This document shows positions 57,523 to 64,000 of a stretch of 64,000 bases of DNA, in pieces; position 1 is the stretch's first letter; every line of letters starts with the position of its first letter. The stretch is taken from positions 32,001-96,000 of IMG/VR virus record IMGVR_UViG_3300047576_000027; one strand, given 5' to 3'. A program made the translations under genes and the position numbers. Origin of the DNA: a virus. Taxonomy: Duplodnaviria; Caudoviricetes. Under the pieces are notes generated by a model. The model had not been told where the DNA came from. It saw nothing but the letters and a program-made list of their open reading frames with translations, and searched no databases.

Positions 57523-57780
57523 ATGCGCCTAACCGCCATTCTCGAATATCCCGACTCACTCACCCGCGAGCAGTTGGGCGCGCGGCTAAGTAAGTGCGGA
57601 CTGACTATCATCAAGGTTACTTTCTCCACGCGGGGACGGCGCCCGCCACCAGCAAGCGTGGTCAGCGAAGCTCGGGAACTTTATGCTTCCGGCGTTCGGC
57701 AGGTGGAGATTGCACGCAGGTTGTGCGTTAGTCAGAGTTCGGTTTCGGGTTGGGTGAACGCGCGGGACGCGCGCTCTTAG
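57523..57780 (+). CDS. Small HTH regulator (paralog A)
   Basis: RELYASGVRQVEIARRLCVSQSSVSGW. Confidence 0.75.
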   Translation: MRLTAILEYPDSLTREQLGARLSKCGLTIIKVTFSTRGRRPPPASVVSEARELYASGVRQVEIARRLCVSQSSVSGWVNARDARS

Positions 57781-57941
57781 GCTCAACCCGCGTCGATCCG
57801 ATCATCAGAAACCCATCGTGCGTTCGCGTGGCTTTACGTCCCTGCCGGGCGAACCATTCCTCAACGACTCGATATTCCCATAGCGGCAAGCGCAATGTAG
57901 TTGGTCGCGTTCGTAGGATAAACTTAACAATTTCAAGAGCT

Positions 57942-58145
57942 TCACGCGGTCTGCTTGGCATGAATCGCACCCATCGTGCGCCAATCCTCGCGTGTTGCGT
58001 TCAGATGATCGCGTGATTCTCTCTCACGCGGAAGAACCACGCGGCCGCAACGGGAACATGTTTTGGCTTCTCTTCCAGCGCGGCGATTCGCGTTCCATGC
58101 GCGACAAGTGGGACAGCGCCAGTCGCTGCCACGCAAGGTTGTCAT
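57942..58145 (-). CDS. Small zinc-finger protein
   Basis: DWRCPTCRAWN..CSRCG; TATCAT 6 nt before the ATG. Confidence 0.55.
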   Translation of the reverse strand: MTTLRGSDWRCPTCRAWNANRRAGREAKTCSRCGRVVLPRERESRDHLNATREDWRTMGAIHAKQTA

Positions 58146-58217
58146 GATTCAATGATAGATCACATAAATATTCACAAGTGTGCATATTTATTCATTGACA
58201 ATTCTTTCTAATCCCTC

Positions 58218-58292
58218 TTGACATCGCAACCGGCGCTAGCCTAAACTCTCCCCAGAAGCCGCTAACCCCCACCGAGGGTAGCGGCTTTTCCC
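58218..58292 (+). promoter_or_regulatory. Promoter followed immediately by a terminator-like hairpin
   Basis: TTGACA (58218)-18-TAAACT (58242); stem AAGCCGCTA(A)CCC/GGGTAGCGGCTT then TTC. Confidence 0.55.
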
Positions 58293-58299
58293 GTTTCTG

Positions 58300-58665
58300 C
58301 CCTCCCTGCACCAGATATCTGGAGTTACTGCACCAGATTCCGCCAAAAATCCAAATCTGGTGAAGTCCTTTGTTTTCAATAAGATAACCTAGAAAATAAA
58401 CCAGTTCACCAGTTTCACCCGACGCGGCCGCTCATCTCTATATAGTCTATATACTCTCACATGTATAAGTAAGTACAGTTTGTATTGAGAAGGTATGGCT
58501 ACATTAGAGATTAGTCTATAAATACTTAAAGTGGAGTAATATCTAGGTTACAAGATAGATCCTAAAGGACTTATCGTTGCACCAGAATTCACGCTGCACA
58601 GGATTGGCGGTCGGAAATCCCGTGCAGTGAATATTGAGTCACGTAGAATCAACAACTTACGTAGC
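58300..58665. other. Origin-like non-coding region
   Basis: TGCACCAGA repeats at 58307, 58329 and 58578; inverted repeats on both sides of an AT-rich core; IHF consensus AATCAACAACTTA near 58647. Confidence 0.55.
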
Positions 58666-58745
58666 TTCCGTGTGGAGTCCCAGTACGCGGTGATAGATAT
58701 TACAGTGTTGACAAGTGCATATGGATATGGATTAGACTGTCAAGT

Positions 58746-58877
58746 ATGAATACATCTCACTTGGATGCCCTCGAATTGAGAATTGTTGCTGCGGTGGTGT
58801 TGATTTTGTTGCTGCTGGCGGGCGGTCTTTTCCTCGTATTGAGCGACAACGGCTGGATTGCGGAGATAGGAATATGA
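58746..58877 (+). CDS. Small single-TM protein
   Basis: Read by hand: MNTSHLDALELRIVAAVVLILLLLAGGLFLVL...; TAGACT 7 nt upstream. Confidence 0.55.
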   Translation: MNTSHLDALELRIVAAVVLILLLLAGGLFLVLSDNGWIAEIGI

Positions 58878-59125
58878 GACTAACGCCAGATCAAATCCTC
58901 ACGGCAGCCGAATGGCTTGATGTAAACGAGGGGGAAGACGGTGAAGCAACGGCCTGCCATGCGGTTGCAGCTTGGCTGACAGCATTGGCTGTCAAACGCA
59001 AAACGGATAGTGCTGTCCGGAGCATCGCGCGGCAGACAGGCAGGTCGCTACGTGAGTCGCGGGTAGCACTGAAGAGAGGACTGGAGAGAGGACTGGAGAG
59101 ATCGAGTCAGCCATGCCACGACTAA
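58874..59125 (+). CDS. Hypothetical protein
   Basis: ATGA-coupled. Confidence 0.55.
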   Translation: MRLTPDQILTAAEWLDVNEGEDGEATACHAVAAWLTALAVKRKTDSAVRSIARQTGRSLRESRVALKRGLERGLERSSQPCHD

Positions 59126-59409
59126 CCGTCGTAGTCGAATTCCCTATTGCCGTCGATCACACCCAGTTAACCGCGCACTTGGCCAGGATCGGCATGAAAG
59201 TACTGGAGATCAGGGAGAACGCGCGCCGTAAAACCGACAAGTGGGTCATTTTGAAAGTGCTGGAGATGGCCCACAAAGGCGTGAAACAGAAGGACATTGC
59301 CAGACGGCTGAATGTGAGCACGGCGTCGGTGTCGAAGTGGGTTAACGAGGATTTGAAGCGTGCCGGCGCGCGTGCTGCACACGTTAGCGAGGATTTAAGG
59401 AGGAAGTAA
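59113..59409 (+). CDS. Small HTH regulator (paralog B)
   Basis: LEMAHKGVKQKDIARRLNVSTASVSKW. Confidence 0.78.
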   Translation: MPRLTVVVEFPIAVDHTQLTAHLARIGMKVLEIRENARRKTDKWVILKVLEMAHKGVKQKDIARRLNVSTASVSKWVNEDLKRAGARAAHVSEDLRRK

Positions 59410-59687
59410 TGCTACTGAACATCATCATCGAATGCGATAAGCGACCGGACACGGATACGCTGATATCCCACGTCGAGAAGTTGGGAGTGAAGGTCAAAGC
59501 AATCACGCCGAGCTTGCTGACGGTTGACCACAGGCGCACGGCACCGGCTGTTATCGATAAGGCTGTTGAGATGTACGAATCCGGCTTGGGTTGCAGCGAC
59601 ATCGCACACAGCATGGGGATCAGTCTTTCCAGGGTCCAGAACTACGTCCGAAAAAATCTCGGTCGGTATGAGGCGATTCTCCGCTAA
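59409..59687 (+). CDS. Small HTH regulator (paralog C)
   Basis: VEMYESGLGCSDIAHSMGISLSRVQNY. Confidence 0.75.
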   Translation: MLLNIIIECDKRPDTDTLISHVEKLGVKVKAITPSLLTVDHRRTAPAVIDKAVEMYESGLGCSDIAHSMGISLSRVQNYVRKNLGRYEAILR

Positions 59688-59896
59688 TGGCCCGCCCACG
59701 AAAAGACGCCGCACACGTCCGCCAAGTCCGTCAGGCCGCCGCGCATAAGCGCTGGGACAGACTCAGTGCGCCGGAGAGGCAGGCAGCGCTACGGCCTGCT
59801 ATTGCGGCAAGCCCGCTGACTAAGCCAGGGAGTCGCCGGCCGGTCGGTGGATTGTCTGTCAGTGATAATTTTACAAACGTTGACAAATCTTGGTAG
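59687..59896 (+). CDS. Small basic protein
   Basis: AAHKRWDRLSAPERQAA motif; TAATG-coupled. Confidence 0.55.
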   Translation: MARPRKDAAHVRQVRQAAAHKRWDRLSAPERQAALRPAIAASPLTKPGSRRPVGGLSVSDNFTNVDKSW

Positions 59897-59915
59897 CGGT
59901 GAAGAAAAATAGTTG

Positions 59916-59945
59916 TTGACACGTGCATTTAGCACGTGATATCCT
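59916..59945 (+). promoter_or_regulatory. Early promoter with palindromic operator
   Basis: TTGACA-18-TATCCT; CACGTGC-N5-GCACGTG palindrome (59920-59938) in the spacer. Confidence 0.7.
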
Positions 59946-59990
59946 TTTCTCATAAGCAGGCTGGTGACGGCCTGAAGAAGGAGAAAAGAG

Positions 59991-60461
59991 ATGCAACCGA
60001 TCTGGGAATACGTGGCCAATCTTGGCGACATCGACGTAGCAAAATACGGCGGATTCATTGTCTACCGGGATACCACGGGAGTATATCCTCCCGAAGTGGA
60101 AATCTATGAACCATCCGAAGATGAGAATGGCGGCATGATGTATCGCTTTTCTCTCAATCCTCCACGATTCAAGACTTTGAACGCTGGCCAATGGGATTCA
60201 AGCAATCCGAAGAATATGCACTGGCACCGTGAATGGTTCGCACAGAAGGATAAGCTGGAATCGGCCGCCAGCACTTCCGGTATCACTCCGATGGAGTTAT
60301 TGCGGGACTTGCACAGTAAAGATCCTGTTCGCCGGGCGCTTGGATATCAGGCACTCATCGCAAATTTCGGACCCTTTGAGTTTGACCAATACCCGGTTAA
60401 ACTCACGGAGTCCGAAGCTCAGGAGCGTTACCAGGTCGGTTATTTACAGGCGGTGCGGTAA
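59991..60461 (+). CDS. Hypothetical early protein
   Basis: AGGAG SD. Confidence 0.7.
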   Translation: MQPIWEYVANLGDIDVAKYGGFIVYRDTTGVYPPEVEIYEPSEDENGGMMYRFSLNPPRFKTLNAGQWDSSNPKNMHWHREWFAQKDKLESAASTSGITPMELLRDLHSKDPVRRALGYQALIANFGPFEFDQYPVKLTESEAQERYQVGYLQAVR

Positions 60462-60667
60462 TGCAGACTTCCCACAAAGGCATCCAGCCATTCAGCACAG
60501 CGCGCGAAGCGCTGACCTTCATGGCCTCAGCGGACGGATACCTTACCGTCCTGCACGGCAACTACGAATGCACCGTGCCGATGTCCGGCTACCCGCAACA
60601 GGCGCAAGAGGCTCTGGACCGTATCAACGATCCTTGGCCCGCCGACTGCGTTCAGTCGATTCGCTGA
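60461..60667 (+). CDS. Hypothetical early protein
   Basis: TAATG-coupled. Confidence 0.55.
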   Translation: MQTSHKGIQPFSTAREALTFMASADGYLTVLHGNYECTVPMSGYPQQAQEALDRINDPWPADCVQSIR

Positions 60668-60699
60668 CTCATTTACGAAAAGCAGAGGAGAAAACTAAC

Positions 60700-61063
60700 A
60701 TGGAAATCTACACACCCGGCATTAAAGAAATCGCATATGAATGCGCCGGCTTCGCTCAGGACAATTTCGACCGTGAGGATTCCGAGGGGTGGCAATTACG
60801 CCCTGACGCCTGAAGCTATCTGGCAGGAATGGCACGCTAAGGACGCCGTGGAGCCTCCTGCGATGCCGTGGCAATTCCCCGCTGAATACTATTATCAGTG
60901 CGAGCGTATCGGCGGGGCGGACTTCGCGGATGATATCAGGCGGTTGTCGGGTTCGTCAGTAGACGATGTCGATCCGCGCGATGAGATGGAAGCCGCTTTT
61001 GACCGCGCTGCGGAATTGCAGTGTCCCGCATTCGTGCCGGATGTGCGCGGAGAGGAAGTATAA
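60700..61063 (+). pseudogene. Early protein apparently frameshifted at GGGG 60786-60789
   Basis: Strong GAGGAG SD before ATG 60700; that frame stops at 60813, but removing one G joins it to ORF 60737..61063 (..DSEG-GNYALTPEAIW..). Confidence 0.45.
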
Positions 61064-61067
61064 GCCC

Positions 61068-61259
61068 GTGAACAACCCACAACCCACCATTGATCGCGCC
61101 CTCGCCGAAGCATTGCTGGTCGAAGCCCGCGAAGCTCAGACCGCGTACTGGGACGTTCTGGGCAGGCTCGAAGAAGCTCTCGGCGGAATCGCCGTCGACC
61201 AGAACGCAGACCTCGAAGACGCCGATATCGAATCCCTTCTCGACGGAGATCCGGTATAG
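61068..61259 (+). CDS. Small acidic protein
   Basis: GTG start after GAGGA; acidic C-terminus. Confidence 0.55.
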   Translation: MNNPQPTIDRALAEALLVEAREAQTAYWDVLGRLEEALGGIAVDQNADLEDADIESLLDGDPV

Positions 61260-61271
61260 GGGAGAAGCAGA

Positions 61272-61472
61272 ATGAAATCACTCACGCTGAATGAACTGAC
61301 CGAACTCCAAGCCGTTGTGACCGGCGATTACTCGTATATCTCGCAGGGGCACAACAAAACCGTCATATACATCGCACACTGGCCCAGCAACCGGCACGTA
61401 ACGCTCCGCCATTGCGACAACTACACCAATACCCGGATGGCGTGGCTGGACCAGCGGCCGTACGCTGCATAG
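61272..61472 (+). CDS. Hypothetical protein
   Basis: GGGGAG SD. Confidence 0.55.
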   Translation: MKSLTLNELTELQAVVTGDYSYISQGHNKTVIYIAHWPSNRHVTLRHCDNYTNTRMAWLDQRPYAA

Positions 61473-61573
61473 TCCGGACTTCCGGACGTGCCTGCACGGT
61501 AATGCGTGCGGGCTCGCCCGAGATAGTTGGGACGGGACGATAAAGCCCGAATCCATCGGGCAGGAGAAAAAAA

Positions 61574-63031
61574 GTGAATACCAAGAATCCCGGCGCGCAA
61601 CTCATCGAGCGCGCGCAAAAAACAGGAAGTTCTGCCGCCACGGCAAAAGGCGCATTCCGCGCACTGGTCGCCAAACTCAAGATTATGCCTGACGTTTTCG
61701 CGATGGCGAAACGGGAGAAAAGGACGACGACGCGCGCGGCCTGGTATGCCGCGCAGCATAAACGCCGCGCCGATGCTCGCTATGAGCCGATGGCCGCAAA
61801 ACAGGCCAAGTCCCTGCGACTGCCCACGCGGGACATGCTCGCATCGTGCAAGCGACTGCCAGCCGGCTTGACCGCTGCCGAGCGCGCATCCATCCAACCG
61901 ATGCGCGAAGCGGTAACTGCCTGGCGAGCCAGACCGCTCTACGTTCGCGCTTATTTTTCCACTCCGAATGGCGTACCGGACAAAGAGCGGAAATTGGCCG
62001 AGGTGCACAAAGGCTACATGGGAGAGTCCCCCATTTGCGCCCGGTATGCGGAATACAATTACGCTTGGGGTGCGCTGCGCGTCCACTCGCCCGGTAAATG
62101 CGTGCTCCCGTCCAGCGTCGGAATGCGGGAGACTGGCAGTAATCGGGACTGGACCAAGCGCAGCACCCTGGACCGCAAGGCAAACTATTTCCTCGCTTAC
62201 CCGCGCGTGGAAGATCGCGAAACGAAGGGCGCGTGGACTGGCTACCTCGTGGTTCCAACCGCATACCGGCAGCCGAATAAAGAGCTCGTCATCAAGCGCA
62301 GTAAGCACCATATCTGCATACCGGGTATGATGCGCGCCGATGTCCCCATCACGAAGGGCGACGGCAGGCGCGTCTGGCCCGCACATATTCAGCGCCGGAT
62401 TCTCTCGATCATCGCGCCTGCCCCTATCTCGTTTTCCGCCGTGCGGACGGGCGGTGCGAAAAAGGCAGCCATATCCGGCGCTCTCCTCGCCGATCACGCA
62501 GTGTCTGGTATGTGGCTGACCAGCGATGCTTACACTGCTCGCGAGGTTCGCGAGTGGCTCAAGACCGAGCTGAATCGCGCACTGGCGCATCCCGCGCGCC
62601 TCTCAAGCGATCTGTATGTACTTCCGTCCGTTGATGCGGATATGGTTACACGCCACGACGCCACGGGAGCACAAACCGGCGTGGCCGTTCGCCGGGACTA
62701 TGGCTGGGAGCACGGGGTAGACCGTGCCGAGTGCGACCGGGAAACCGCGCGGAAAACTGAGATCGCCGCGCAGCGGGCGCGTGAAGCAAGAGCGACGGCT
62801 AAACAGCAGCGCCGTGAGCGGTTGTTTGCGCGACTGGCAACTATACCGGTCCGCGCAGAAATGGTTCGGGCTGAGGGCGCGTGTATGGCTGGTATCGAGT
62901 CCTGGTGCCGGGCGCACGGCAAAAGCGTGGGAGAGACAGTGCCTCTCCGCACGCTCGCGAGCGACAACCAGGCACGGGCGTACGCGCTGCGGATTGCCCA
63001 TCGAATCCTTGCCTCGCAGGTGAACGCATGA
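61574..63031 (+). CDS. Large Arg/Ala-rich hypothetical protein with C-terminal GACxxG domain
   Basis: AGGAG SD; VRAEMVRAEGACMAGIESWC motif seen in phage proteins of unknown function. Confidence 0.7.
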   Translation: MNTKNPGAQLIERAQKTGSSAATAKGAFRALVAKLKIMPDVFAMAKREKRTTTRAAWYAAQHKRRADARYEPMAAKQAKSLRLPTRDMLASCKRLPAGLTAAERASIQPMREAVTAWRARPLYVRAYFSTPNGVPDKERKLAEVHKGYMGESPICARYAEYNYAWGALRVHSPGKCVLPSSVGMRETGSNRDWTKRSTLDRKANYFLAYPRVEDRETKGAWTGYLVVPTAYRQPNKELVIKRSKHHICIPGMMRADVPITKGDGRRVWPAHIQRRILSIIAPAPISFSAVRTGGAKKAAISGALLADHAVSGMWLTSDAYTAREVREWLKTELNRALAHPARLSSDLYVLPSVDADMVTRHDATGAQTGVAVRRDYGWEHGVDRAECDRETARKTEIAAQRAREARATAKQQRRERLFARLATIPVRAEMVRAEGACMAGIESWCRAHGKSVGETVPLRTLASDNQARAYALRIAHRILASQVNA

Positions 63032-63293
63032 GCCATGACCGTGCCGGATGGCGAGAGAGGAAACGGGATGGCGCAAAGTCATCCCGTCCGCGCGGCGGGC
63101 AGCCGGGCGCGAGGAATGTCGGGAAGATCCGGGACTTGATTGGCCAGACGTTCGGGCAGCTCACCGTGACAGTGTTCGCGGGGCGCGAACCTGAACACGG
63201 CCATAACCTCGACGCCAGGGCGTTATCCGACTCTGCGTGCTGAATTATAGAGAGCGCGGCAACCCCGCGCCCTGAAAGGAGGGTGACTGATGA

Positions 63294-63386
63294 GAAAGTA
63301 AGCGGAGAGCGCGCCTGCCTTGAGGAGTCGGGCGCGTAACGCACCACTCGAAAAGAGTGCCGGATCTCAAGCTCCGGATGCGTTTA
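63294..63386 (+). ncRNA. Twister-like self-cleaving ribozyme (type P5 permutation), candidate
   Basis: GCG-GAGAG-CGCGC...GCGCG-UAA-CGC; P3 CACUC/GAGUG; P4 CCGGA/UCCGG with loop UCUCAAGC. Confidence 0.6.
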
Positions 63387-63400
63387 AGGGGAAAAAGACA

Positions 63401-63610
63401 ATGCCAAAGTTTAACGTAAAAATAGACCGTTCGCGCGTCACCGAATCGTCAGTTGAGATTGAAGTCTCTGCAAAAGACGAATGTGCCGCGCAGGAGAAAG
63501 CCGAGAAGATGGTAGAGAAAGCTATCGTGAAGGGTGATTGCGATTCTGAGTTTGACTGGGAAGAGACGAACACAGATGACAGCTATGAATATGAGGTGAC
63601 TAAGTTATGA
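63401..63610 (+). CDS. Small acidic phage protein
   Basis: MPKFNVKI..EIEVSAKDECAAQEKA; AAGGGG SD. Confidence 0.65.
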   Translation: MPKFNVKIDRSRVTESSVEIEVSAKDECAAQEKAEKMVEKAIVKGDCDSEFDWEETNTDDSYEYEVTKL

Positions 63611-63843
63611 AAACAGTCCACTTCATTAACCATGATCACCCGGCCGCTAAAGCCGCCCAAATCACATCAGACGCCATGCGGCGCGCCTACGCCGAAGCCC
63701 GCGCGAAACAAACCAGGCGCGAGACTCAGGCCGCTCGCCGGAAAGCACTCTCCGCGCTGGCCAAAATCGAGAGCGTTCACGCTTACGTTTCTGCCACGCT
63801 GGCGACTACGCCCGATGCGTGGTATACGCGGGAGGTGAGGTAA
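63607..63843 (+). CDS. Hypothetical protein
   Basis: ATGA-coupled. Confidence 0.55.
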   Translation: MKTVHFINHDHPAAKAAQITSDAMRRAYAEARAKQTRRETQAARRKALSALAKIESVHAYVSATLATTPDAWYTREVR

Positions 63844-64000
63844 TGAGCATGTGGACAGACGCATTGACGGATGAGCGCGTGGCCGAAGCAAAAACCGTCT
63901 ATCAGGCACTGGAGCGGATCGGCTGGAATGGCTTGTCACGGAACGACCGCAATATTCTTCAGGTGCTCGGATACCTCACGCTGGAACGGGACGATATCTC

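Noticed and set aside
56360-58640. CRISPR array or mini-array
   Set aside because: Repeats are short (9-14 bp), imperfect and irregularly spaced; no cas genes.
61421-62590. 389-aa minus-strand ORF (likewise the plus-strand ORF 51819..52919)
   Set aside because: Antisense shadows of well-supported genes in GC-rich DNA; no motifs or SD.
63028-63243. AP2/HNH homing endonuclease (DLIGQTFGQLTV motif)
   Set aside because: Only the N-terminal motif is present and the ORF ends soon after; at most a remnant.
63287-63354. Hammerhead ribozyme (CTGATGA ... CGAAA)
   Set aside because: No convincing stem II or stem III around the core; the GAAA lies in the loop of the CACTC/GAGTG hairpin, and the region fits a twister fold better.
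1-64000. tRNA or rRNA genes; alternative genetic code
   Set aside because: No cloverleaf or rRNA-like stretch noticed by eye; long genes read through in the standard code, and the breaks seen are frame changes, not in-frame stops.

Overview
This window is most of a tailed-phage or prophage genome with podovirus-like morphogenesis genes. The host is probably an Acidobacteriota-like soil bacterium; this is an inference from widespread leaderless promoters, IHF-like motifs and captured gene types. The minus strand, read right to left, carries: a probable small terminase, J-domain and VWA genes, a large terminase split into ATPase and nuclease ORFs, portal, several tiny Lys-rich proteins, scaffold, major capsid, decoration proteins, an internally duplicated adaptor, a tail-nozzle gene broken by a frameshift at GGGGGAAAA, a GNAT protein and three ejection proteins (one with a ParB/Srx-like domain). 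The most striking feature is that ten genes encode N-terminal Sec-type signal peptides. They include most tailspike/tail-fibre-like proteins, several of which keep virion-anchor motifs right behind the signal peptide. These genes are interleaved with plus-strand clusters of four glycosyltransferases and two methyltransferases. The right end holds a small serine recombinase with a Zn-ribbon insertion, three paralogous HTH regulators, an origin-like non-coding region, early genes and a twister-ribozyme-like RNA. I recognised no tRNA, CRISPR array, reverse transcriptase, DNA polymerase, large integrase or endolysin. All calls come from reading motifs by eye; no database search was run.
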